Positions 21,426 to 33,400 of a DNA stretch of 64,000 nucleotides are shown in pieces. A program made the translations under genes and the position numbers. The stretch lies in NCBI GenBank assembly GCA_000708835.1, contig DF237263.1, forward strand, positions 1 through 64,000, given 5' to 3'. Every line of letters begins with the position of its first letter. The stretch's first letter is position 1. The notes beneath the pieces were generated by a model. It saw only the letters and a program-made list of their open reading frames with translations. It ran no database searches and was not told the DNA's origin. The stretch comes from Klebsormidium nitens (taxonomy: Eukaryota; Plantae; Klebsormidiophyceae).

Positions 21426-24400
21426 ATGGGGCCCCCTCGAAAGGGCGCCTCCCCCAACCCGGGGAGGCACACTCTGAACCCCCAGTCAATCTACCCAGCG
21501 GCATCCACCCTGTTTGGAAACAACACCCGCATCCATGACGAGCTGTCTCTGTCCCACGGACCTGATTCTAAACGGCTGCCCCAAAGCGAAGAGATGGAGA
21601 TCGATGGCGGCGATAACGAGGCCATTGCACGGCCGAATGCGTGGGTGCCTGGAATGGCAACCCTGCAGCGGGTTAATGCTAACCCGGGAGGTTCTGAGCT
21701 GGGCACGAGCAGCCTCCTGCGGGGGGGCACGCTTGGCAGGGGTTTGGGTAATTTGGAAAGTGGGTTAGCGCACCGGTTACTACCCCCGCTGGAGAAACCG
21801 CAGAGCCCGGGCTGGGGTGGGGTTAGAGTTGACCAAGGTTTGGCTAACCTGGACAGTTTGAGGCGGAAAAGCGGGGGCAAGCTGGACAGCTTGCAGGGCC
21901 CTGGGAAAAAGCTCAAAGTGGCGGATCCTCTCTACCAGGGAGGTGAATCCAGGGGTAAACTGGGGGGGGAGCAGTCGGCAAAGCTGACTGGGAGGAGCGG
22001 CGCCACACCGCTTCCAGGGGTAAAGTCCAAATCCACTAGCCAGCTGCCGCTTAAAGCGGAAACCAAAGCAGCGGTTATTGAGGAGGAGCTCGCAAGCGTG
22101 GCGACTGGGGATGACGTCATTGCATTCTACGCGCGGCACGGGCAGGACACGGAGGCGCGCTTCTTCTACTGCAATCGCGCGCCGGAGACCGTGTTCGATT
22201 TCCGGCCCTATGACTTGGTCGTTGTTCCGAGAGAGGAAGTGGCCCCGGAGTATTTTACCATGTCAGCAACCGGGGTGGTGAAAATTGGCCCCGGCGCGAA
22301 CACCAAGACGGAGTTCACGTCGCTCGGGGACTGGGTCCGGGAGAAGACGGTCTTCGGCATCCTCCGCAAGATGAGCTTCTTCCGGTACTACCTCATCTAC
22401 AAGGCGTTCAACTTCTGGCGGCACGCGGTGCGCCGCAAGCTGTACAGCAAAGTGCGCGCCACGCTCCACTCCAAGCTCTTCCTCGCAAAGCCGACGTTCG
22501 TCGGCGCGCTCCTGGAGGTGCGCGCGCACATGCACGAGCTGAGTCAGATCGCGATGGTCGCGCTCAGCCCCGGACATTTGTACACTTTGGACGAGTTTTC
22601 GGACGCGCAACTCCAGCAGAGGGTCCAAAAGGCGACGCCCGCGCTCGAGGCGTGCGTCGAGAAAGTGCAGCAGTGCCTGGAGCGGGTGTGCAAGGACGTC
22701 ACGAAACAGGTGCAGCTGTTCCAGGACAGCATCAAGGACGAGGGCGAGCTGGATGACTTGTCCGGCGTGAACTTGTATCCGAGCCGGGGGTCCGAGAAGA
22801 TCCGAAGCATGGTGAGGGAGAGCTATGTTTTACTGGCTTAAAGTGTTCTTCAATAGGGTCGTCGGAATCTGTTCTCCTGCATTTGTAGTACACGTGGTGT
22901 ATTGGATGGCATGAGAAGACGGGTCTTGAAATGTTTGCGGCTGGGAAAGGAGCGGCTGATTCGCTAGCCTGGGAAAGGTTGGCTTCCGTAATAGCTCGTG
23001 ACTGTATCTTTCCCTGTGTTTGAAAGTCGAGGTCTCAACTGGAGGTCGTAAGAATCAGGGGTTCAGAGAGCCGCAGGGGATCCTCTAAATCGGCATGTTC
23101 GAAAGTGAAATATGAGCGGCTTGTCTCCTATCATTCCTGCAAACCAGAAATTCAAGAGTTGATTCGAAGCTCCGTGAAGGGAGTCTGCAAGGAAAACGTT
23201 CCTTGTTTAGGCCCAGCCTTGTAAAAAGCGGCCGCACATTTTCAGTTGCTTGTCCTGTTTGTGTTACAATATACCGAGCCGGCCAATAACATTACCTTGA
23301 TCGAACTCAACACACTCCAAATTTCATCCTCAACCAGCCCCAAACTGGCCTTTCTCAGGTCAGCATCAAGCAAGAAAAGATTGAGCGCGCCAAGACGTAC
23401 CGCCGCGTGATCGAGGAAGCGAAGCAACTCGGCGACTTCATCCGGCTCGCGGATTACATGCTCGTAGAAGGCCTCGTCGATCGCACGATCTCAACGACCG
23501 ACGAGCTCCTCTCGATGCTCGAGCTTCCGCGCACCGGGTCTGACAAAACCTCCAAGGGGGTTTTCCTGACCACGGTCTCGTTCTCGGAAACCAGCCTCGA
23601 GTTTACGCCGAGCGAAGGGGAGATCCTGCAAGTGGTGGATTCGACCGTGCTCGAGGGGGTCATTTCGCTGGTGCAAGCAGCCCCCCGCTTGCTGTTTATG
23701 AGGTCGTTTGGGCAGCACTTTGAGGAGAAGCTAACCGGGCTTAACCCGGTTGCAATCATCAAGGAGACGGACCGGTTTTTGGAGCTGCGGGCCAAGATCG
23801 ACGGCGTCATCCGGCAGGACTTTGCAGAGGCGAACCAGTACGTCCAGGTAAGAGACGCATTCTGCCACGTGTCCATACTTTTGCGATCGAGGTCCAAAAA
23901 GCATTGTGAAAAATAATGACATCGTTTCTTGATGCCCCTGGCATTGTATGTGGAGGACTCATTGGGAGCGTTCAGTTTCGTCAAACGTGGTTGAGTAATC
24001 ACTAACGAAGGGGGTGAGCTTTAGCATGATCAAATGCGTACGAGAATGAATGGTTCAGGCGCTCGAGGTTAATACCCACGAGCGTCATTTGCCGCCGCAC
24101 GAAGTCATACACAGAACCATCTTGCTCGAGAGGAAGCTCGCTCTTCGAAACGGTTGGAAGCAAGCCTGATCTCATTCACGTTTGCTCTGATTCAGGATGC
24201 CTTTCTCATAGCCGCCAGATCTTAAGGGCCCTGTATGTTCGACTCCTCTTCTGTCAGGAAACGAATATGGACACAAGAACAGAACGGCTTTCTAATCTCA
24301 CTGCCAACATGTGCGCAGATCTTCGAGGAGCACCGTCAGATCTACACGTGGGAGGCCACGTGGAGCCCCGACGCGTACGGCGCGGAGCGCCACTCCGCGA

Positions 24401-27400
24401 AGCAGTTCCGCGAGGACCTCGCGCGCCAGCGCGAGTGGCGCGCCGAACTAGAGCGGATGAAAGTCGGCAACAGCATCGGCGTGCTCCATATCGACTCGAA
24501 GTCGCTGCGCAACAGCCTGCTACCCGTTACCGCGCGCACCCTGGACGCTGTAAAGGTCGTGCTGCTCGCGGCCGCGCGCGAGGAGACCGTTACCGTTCTG
24601 ATGAGCTTCCAGCAGCGGATCCGCGCGCTGCAGGACCGGCCGGATCAGCTAGACAACTTCGTCGACTTTATGAAGCAGCTCGAGGAGATGGGCGACGCGA
24701 GGAAGGCGGCTCTGGCCGAGGTGGGCGCTTCGACTTTGGCCCAAACGTTAAAAGAGGACTTTTGAGATTGTGGCGCTTCGGCCATTTCTTTCGTTCGTCT
24801 TGATCTTGATTATCTTCTCTGTAGATATGTGATTCAACCAATTTCTGCGGTCAGTCCTCTTTGAGTTCCTCGACATCGCTCCGGAATATCGTGACTGGTC
24901 GTTTCGTTTTCTTGGCGCCGGCCTTTGTTTTGGTCCATCCTTGTAGAGAACCATATTCTCTGCGGAATTTTCTTCGCACTAGTTTTTCATTAGATTGGAC
25001 ATCCTGGATCACGGCGAGAGCAAGTCGAGTTCTTGGAGCTACCGGGGTCCGGGTTAAGGAGGCTCAATATGTTGGGGCTGACCTTCCGAAATCAGACCGT
25101 AAAACCTAGCGGGTTTTGCGCGCAGGCCGCCGTCGTGGACGACCTGTACACCCTCTTGAGCGCCTACGAGATGAAGGTCCCCACCGGCGACTCCGTCAAG
25201 CTCGACGACCTGCACGAGGCCGTCACGGCCTACCAGGACGGCCTTTCCGCCGCGGAATCCTTCATCGAGGAGCGGAAGAACGGAATGATGGCCGACCTCG
25301 AGCAGCAAATCGGTTTCCTCAGCGACGAGGCCCTAACCTTGCTCGGAACCCTGCACGGCGCGCGGTTTGTGGACCCTGAGGGAGACGCGACCGAGATTGT
25401 GACCGAGCTGGAGGCGAGCCGCGCCGCGCTCGCGGCCGCGCGCGCGAAGGCGGAGACGTTCCAGGGGTACCAGAAGCTGTTCCTGATGACGGTGGACGAC
25501 TTCGGGAATCTGAAGGAGACGGAGAAGGAGTGTAACGGGAGGTAAGAACACGACGATTTCTGCGAGGATTGGAGGCGGTTAACTTTCGAGCTCAGGTTAG
25601 AGCGGATCTCTTTCAGAATTCGCTCCATCTGGTTCGAGAAAGTCGATTGGCCATGCAAATGTTGTTCAGCGTGTCGAGATTCCGGCAGACTGCCACTCTG
25701 GGGTTCAGAAGTGACTCGAAACGTGTCGGAAGTTGAGTCACTTTGCACAACTCGTAAAAAGCGAAGTCTGGAGACGCTTCGCAGCTCTTGGGTTTCTGCA
25801 AAGTGCGGAAGTGATCGTATCTCAGAGGCACATGGAATAACATGTTGTCTACCTCCAGGTATGCTGTTTGGAAGTCGCTGTACGACTGGGAGTGCAAGAC
25901 GCAGCAGTGGCGGGGTGGCCCAATCCAGGCCCTCCACGTGGCGGAGATCTCGGCAGCCGTGGAGGAGAACAATAAGGAGGCGTTCAAGATGGGAAAAGCA
26001 AACAAGGAGGACCGGGTGGTCTACCGCCTCAAAGACAGCATCGACGAATTCAAAAAGGTAGGAAATAATGGTCTCGCTCTCGTTTCAGTCGGCAGGGTTT
26101 GTTCTCAAATCTGTCACCAGCATGCCTTAGCGTTGAGAGGCTTTCCTAGTCTATATAATTTGGTTGGGTCACAATCAGCTGATTCGCATGCTGCTTCACA
26201 AAAGCTCTTTGATCAACAGCGAGTTTTACCCTGGAAAAAGCTTGAAAATCCCCTGAGAACCTCGTTCGACGTTCTCGCGCGGACTGCGACTTCCAACACG
26301 AGTCGATGCCAGGTCGAATGACTCTCGCAAGCTTTCAAACATAAGCGCTTCATTGTGGTTCCAACGCCGCTGTCAACTGGACAAATAGCACGCCACGTCT
26401 TCGGCGAATCCGAAAACCACGCTCTTTTCAACTAATAGTGCGTGTCATAAAGTTATGCCCCTAGTAGCGGACCTCGTATAAGAGGTCTTCAGCCCCATTA
26501 TTAAGCAGCAACTTTCGCCGCGATTGGCGCGCGCACTCCTATCGTCCGAAGCCCAACCCCAAATCCTAAACCCGCGCCGCGCAGATCATGCCGCTGATCG
26601 AGGAGCTTGCGAACGAGGCCCTTAAACCCCGCCATTGGGAGGCAATTTTCACCGCGATCGGCGCGCGCATATCGCCCGACGCGCCCTTCTCCATCGACGA
26701 CCTGCTCGCGCACGACATCCTCTCCAAGATGGATGACGTAAGCCGCGTCAGCACCAACGCCAGCAAGGAGCACTCGCTGGAGAAGAGCCTAACCAAGATG
26801 GTTACGGATTGGGACGGGTTAGAGTTCCGGACGGTCGCGTATAAGGACACGGGGACGTTTATAGTCGGGGGTGTGGATGAAATCCAGGCGATTTTGGACG
26901 ATCAAATCGTGAAGATCCAGAGTATGCGCGCGAGCCCGTTCATCCGGCCGTTCGAGGCGCGCGCAAGCGAGTGGCAGGACACGCTGAGCACGCTGCAGGA
27001 CCTGCTGGACAACTGGCTGACGTGTCAGGTGAGGATTGGTCCTGGACTCATCCCGCGGTTGTTGAGCATCTCTGTGTAACGTGTTGGGCGCTCTTGACAA
27101 AATGAGCAAGGTGATGCAAGTGGATCTGGGGAAACCTTGATAGATTCCGTTCACCTCCGAAATATCTCACCTCCGGATACCTAAATGAATGAGTTCAGCT
27201 CTCAGTTGACTGTCACAGGTATGAGTCTCTGCCTTAATGATTCTAGAGACCCCGAACTTGGAGAAGGCGATCTTTGGAAAGTCTTCCATGCACGTTTGCA
27301 TTCTCACTTCCGGCTACTCGTTCCTTTCTTCACACTCCCCAGTCGCTTCACAAACTTCAAAAGCGCTTGGTGCCTGATTGGTATATCCCGGCCAATCTCC

Positions 27401-30400
27401 GCAGGGCACGTGGCAGTACTTGGAGCCCATCTTCGGGAGCGAAGACATCATGAAGCAGATGCCCGAGGAGGGCGAGAAGTTTAAGACCGTCGATCAGATG
27501 TGGCGCGACATGATGAAGCGCACTGTCGCCGCGCCGGGCTGCCTCGGGATCGCTCGGGACAAGGAGCGCCTCGCGCGACTGGAGGAGGCGAATAAGCTGC
27601 TGGATGCTATTCAGAAGGGGCTGGCGTCGTATCTGGAGGTAAGACAGGCTCCTGTTTGACTTGGGGCTTGGATCGGTCTTGGCAAAATGTTTCTCAATCT
27701 AACATGGGATTGATTGGTTTTTGGTGGAATCCTCCTTTTTTGAATGGAATTGTTACCTTTGAACTTGTTAGTTTCAACCGAACAGGTAAAGTTGGAATTA
27801 TTTGGAAGACCTCCTCCTTCCAACACCTTGTAGCGTTTGTTTTTGGTCCGGTAACCACGAACGTTTCATCAAATTCCAAGTAAGAGCTATTACATGAAGA
27901 ACGATTGTGCGTAGCCTCACAGACCGCTTATCAGGCCCTCGTCTGACTCAGTTAGTGACCATCTAAAGGGCGACATCTGACGCCTTTGCTCGCTCATCCG
28001 CGCAGGTCAAGCGGGTCGCCTTCCCGCGTTTCTTCTTCCTCTCCAACGACGAAATGCTCGAGATCCTGTCCGAAACAAAGGACCCATTACGAGTTCAGCC
28101 GCATCTCAAGAAGTGCTTCGAGGGCATCTCCACGTTGGAGTTCCAGGACAACCTGGAGATCAGCGGAATGTGCAGCGCGGAATCGGAAGTGGTCGCGCTG
28201 GCGGAAACGATCAACCCGGTCGCGGCCAACGGCGCGGTCGAAAAGTGGCTGCTGCAGGTGAGGGAATTCAAAACTTGGAGTTTGACGATCATAGGGTTCG
28301 TGGGATTGTGGATAGCAATCTTTCTTGCTTTTGATATGGAAAAGGATTTGGAGATTTTGAGCCGAATGAAGACATGCCGTTTCGAAGGTTACTGTGCGCA
28401 AAGGATGGAATGTTTTGTTTAGTTATCTATCGGGAGAGATTTCCGGTCCACCAACATAACAACGATTATTTAGGGTTCTATCGTTTACATATTCGCGCCC
28501 CATATTCTTTGATTCGTTCCACGGACGGAGCAGGTACTAACTGAAACGCACTGCTTTTACCTCTGAGGCATAACTTGAGCCGGGCAGAAGGTGTTACTTC
28601 CCGCAGGACAGATTGCTGCAAGCGGTTGGGAACATCAGTTCAACTTGTGATCGAACTGAGTAAATCCTTGCAGTAACGCTTTGACATTGAAAAGTGAAAG
28701 CTACCATCAAACCGCGACGCTTTCTTCACAGGTCGAGAACCAGATGGTCGACTCCGTGCGCGACCACTGCCGCCGGAGCGTGCTCGCGTACGCGGAAACC
28801 GCGCGCGAGCGCTGGGTTCTGGAGTGGCCGGGCCAAGTGGTTTTGGTGGTTAGCGCTATCTACTGGACCAAGCACTGCACCGACGCGATCGCGGCCGGCC
28901 CCGCGGCGGTGGGAGAGTATGAGAAGACGTGCACGCAGCAACTGAGCCAGATCGTGTCTCTGGTGAGTGGAAGTTTGTTAAAGCAAGAGAGTTACAGGGC
29001 GTGAGAGAGGTGTGCCAAGCAGTTGGGGGCTTCGTTTCCATCTCAATCTCAAAATTTTCAAAGAAGACGAAGCCGTTCTTCGTTTCAAAGGGAGAAGGAG
29101 ACTTGCGGGGGTAAGTTTTGATGAAACTTGAGAGAAATGGGGGGGTCTTGGGGTTATTCAAAGAAGGCTCTTTATTACCTCTCAACCCGAGCGACCAAAA
29201 CTCCTGCGGCTTAGCTCCCAAAACCACTCGCCAATCTTCTCGACAATCTCTCATTTCTACCCCCCCGGATGATCTCTCCGATGCACCCGCTGCGTCATCT
29301 TTCTGCTACTGATTTGGGTTTCCGTCTTTGAAGCGGCTTCCTCATCCCCATTCTTTTCGTTGCGCAATTGAAACCAAAATTCCGTAGTCAAAGACTCTGA
29401 ATCTCTGCAAAAACCCGCAGGTGCGCGGCAACCTGACCAAGCTGAACCGCGCGACCCTGAGCGCGCTCGTAGTCATGGATGTGCACGCGCGCGACACCGT
29501 CGCAATGATGGCGCGCGAGGGAGTGGACTCCGAATCGAATTTCACGTGGCAGTCTCAGCTGCGCTACTACTGGGAGGACGACACGTGTCAAGTGCGCATG
29601 ATGAACGCGTCAGTGGAATATGGGTACGAGTATTTGGGGAACAGTTCGAGGCTGGTGATTACGCCACTGACGGACAGGTGTTACCGGACGCTGATGGGCG
29701 CGATTCATCTGAACCTGGGCGGAGCGCCGGAAGGGCCGGCCGGAACCGGAAAGACGGAGACCACCAAGGATCTGGCTAAGGTGCGTGACTGTCTCACCCA
29801 AAGCGTTTGCCGATTTTGGTGCATAGTTGAACGGGTCTATGGTGCGCTGGAAACGCACCAAGCAGATACATTCAATTAACAGTGTAAGAAGGAGAATAAC
29901 AGGGTAGAAGATGTCAGAATATAACCGTTCTTTACGCCGGGCAGGCCAACGTAGGCCTTCCGACCAAGATCAGCCTTTTCCCTCGAAGAAGCTCATCAAA
30001 AGCTCTGGCGCCGCACCGCCTGAAATTGATCTGGGATTGTTCAATTATCGGAGGATGGGTTTGTTTGTAACAGTCGCAGCCTCTTCTTCTATCTCGGCAC
30101 CGTGCCAGAGAATATAACGGTCACTGCTACTCTTTTCTCATTTTCTGATCGCACCTCTGCTTTCTCAAGAACTGTTCCTGCTACTGGACAATCCTCCAAA
30201 CCCCTTTTCGTTCCGTTGCGTTAATCAACTTTCCGTTTCCGCTCCAGGACCTCTCCCGGCAGTGCGTGGTGTCCAACTGCACCGAATCCTCACCTTCTCG
30301 CACACTTAGCTGATCAAAGCCCGTTCATACTTCTGGATGGTCCTCATAGACCTTTCTCCTAATTATTCCTTATCGAAATCCGTTGTGAACCTCATTCCGT

Positions 30401-33400
30401 TCCGTTTCCAGCCCCAGGCCCTCGCCCGGCAGTGCGTGATATTCAACTACAGCAACTCCTCATCTGATCGCACACGTACATGGTTAAAAAGCCGTCGTAT
30501 AATTCTGGATGGTCCCCCAAAGCTTTCTTCTCTTAATCTCATCTTACTAACCTCGTTCCGCTCCTAACCTCAAACCGTTCCGTTTCCGCCCCCAGGCCCT
30601 GGCCCGGCAGTGCGTCGTGTTCAACTGCAGCGACTCCCTGGACTACCTCGCGATGGCCAAGTTCTTCAAGGGGCTCGCAGCCTCCGGCGCGTGGGCGTGC
30701 TTCGACGAGTTCAACCGTATCGACCTGGAAGTGCTATCCGTTGTCGCGCAACAAGTGCTGGAGATCCAACTGGCCGTGCAAAACAAAGTGAGGCGGCGGT
30801 TTTCACTTCGATTCCGAGATCCTTCTCGCATAGCAGGCAATGTAGGAACATAGTGTCAAAGTTGTCTGTGGCGCTAAGCATTGTCCAAACGGGCTGGGAC
30901 TTGTTTCGAACTGCCCTGCGTGGTCAATTTGGTTAGACTCTGTGTTTATAAGGAAAGTTTATCGATTTCAACCATCGAGCAAAGCCACTTCCGAACCACA
31001 CCATTTTTAGTGAGACAGCCCTCTCGCATCTTGATATAAATGCAACCAGCAGAGGAGTGCAGGAGTCATAGACCTTTGCCCAAAATTTCGTATAGAAAAC
31101 CCCTTCCAAGTTTCTGCTTTCGACGCACGGTTCAACTCGTTCCTCCTCCAACTAACGCCGAAAACCCTCTCCTGCTGCAGCCGCCAACGGAAACTGCTCT
31201 CACTTTCCCTCACTTTGATAGCCTTATTTTCGAGTCTAACCCCAATCCTTCTCGTAACCGCAGGTTAAGACCTTCGTTTTCGAGGGCAGCGAGCTAACCC
31301 TCAAGCCGACCTGCAACGTGTTCATCACCATGAACCCTGGTTACGCCGGACGGTCCGAGCTTCCGGACAACCTGAAAGCGCTCTTCCGTACGGTCGCAAT
31401 GATGGTTCCGGACTACGCAATGATCTCGGAAATCATGCTGTTCTCCAACGGGTATCTGAAAGCGCGCGACTGCGCGCGCAAGATCGTGGCGACGTATAGG
31501 CTGTGTAGCGAGCAGCTGAGCAGCCAGGATCATTACGACTACGGTAAGCGCGCGCGCGCGCTTTCTCATTCGTTCAAGCGCGTACGGAAGTAAATACGAA
31601 GGCGGATTATGGCAGCGACGTTGAAGTGCATTCGTCATATCGCTTTGTAGTGAAAATGAGGTTTTCTGGTAGTCATTCAAGGAGAGAGTGGTTCGTTGTC
31701 TTGATAGTTGTTCTTCTTACTTTGCGAAAGTTTTCAAAAAAAACCTTCGGGAAAATTCTCGCCCGTCTTCTTTCCCTATCTCCGATGCCTATCGCGTTAA
31801 TAGTGTGCGTGTTCATAATCCCTTGCCCTACTGGCCTTCCTGACTCCGCTTTCTATGGCTCCCAGGAATGCGCGCGGTGATGGCGGTTCTACGCGCGGCG
31901 TCCAACCTGAAGCGGCGCTTCCCGGACGAGGACGAGTTCGTGCTCATGCTGCGCTCCATCATCGACGTCAACCTGTGCAAGTTCCTGAGCCACGACGTGC
32001 CGCTCTTTAACGGCATAGTTAGCGACCTGTTCCCGGGGGTGGTTTTGCCCAAACCCGATTACACCGCGCTAGACTTCGCGATGCGCGAGAACTGCGCGCG
32101 GCTGGGGCTGCAGCCCAAGGAGTACTTCTTGACGAAGGTGGTGCAGCTGTACGAGATGATCATCGTCCGGCACGGACTCATGCTGGGTGAGCGTTCGAAT
32201 TCGTCCGACAGCGTCCGAGAGTGTCCGAATCAGTCTGAGAGCGCCGAAAGCGTCCGAAAGCGTCCGAAAGCGTCCAAAAGCGTCCGGAGCTGCGGATACC
32301 CCTTTTTGATGCTTCGCAACTTCTGGCAAACGAGAGGGTTTGAGAGTAAGTCAAGTAGGGCAAAAGATGATAATATCATCGGCAGTACTCCAGCTCGGTG
32401 ATAGTCTCAGCGTGTCCGAGTCGTGAAACCTCCAGAATGGAAGATCTTAACAAATCAAATTCTTTGTACGAAAAGATTCCAGGCTGTTTCCTGGCCTTGA
32501 GGACGTGCGATCCTGGTTAAAGCCCATTCGCCTCCAGCCTCCACGTTCTTAGCTGTTTGAAGCACTACAGTTTGATCGCGCTTGCTGGAGAAAGCGATAG
32601 AATCGCTTCAGCCGTAACGCTGAACCTGTAATCCCTTCCACTGATTTAAAAGCTTCCAGAAACCCTAACAGTATGAAATTCGAAACCCACACTTATGACC
32701 AAACCGTTATCTTCGCAGTGGGCCAGCCGTTCTCCGGCAAAACCTCCGCGATCCGCGTGCTCGCCGGCGCGCTAAGCGACATGGCGGCCGCGGGGCAGGC
32801 CGAAACCAAGGTCCAGGTGGCGACCATAAACCCCAAAGCGGTCACGATGGGACAGCTGTACGGTCAGACGGATCCCGTGACGCAGGAATGGACGGACGGC
32901 ATTCTGGCCGTCAAGTTCCGGCAGCAGTCGGCGGAACAGTCGACGGACCGGAAGTGGCTGGTGCTGGACGGGCCGGTGGACGCCATCTGGATTGAGAACA
33001 TGAACACGGTAAGTACCGCTTTCTAATACGCTGGATTTAAGTGCTTGTTAGCGATCACATCTGAATAGGTGAATCTCGCAGTGGGACCAACAAATGAAGC
33101 TGTGACTCCAGCCCGTCTTGCGGTGCCCATGTAATTTTGGGAAGGCAGGTAGCAGTTAAAACACACTGAGCGATTTGACTGCTCTCCGGACGGAAACTTG
33201 TGATTTTCCTGCCTACACACGATAACTTCTTTCTAGAGTCGGAAAGCAAAATCAGCGGGTCGGATGTCGCCTTAATCGGCCACAACTTCGAAAGCTCGAT
33301 CCAGTACACGTTCTTTGATGATCATCGGTAAACCTTCCGCCCTTGAACGAAAGACCAATAGAAAAGCTGCTAGCACGATAGCCCGCTCATTCAACCGTCT

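Noticed and set aside
21805-21832. cccgggctggggtggggttagagttg in dynein exon 1 resembles the end of the element core
   Set aside because: Only ~25 nt, low complexity, in-frame coding and without arms; chance similarity is likely.
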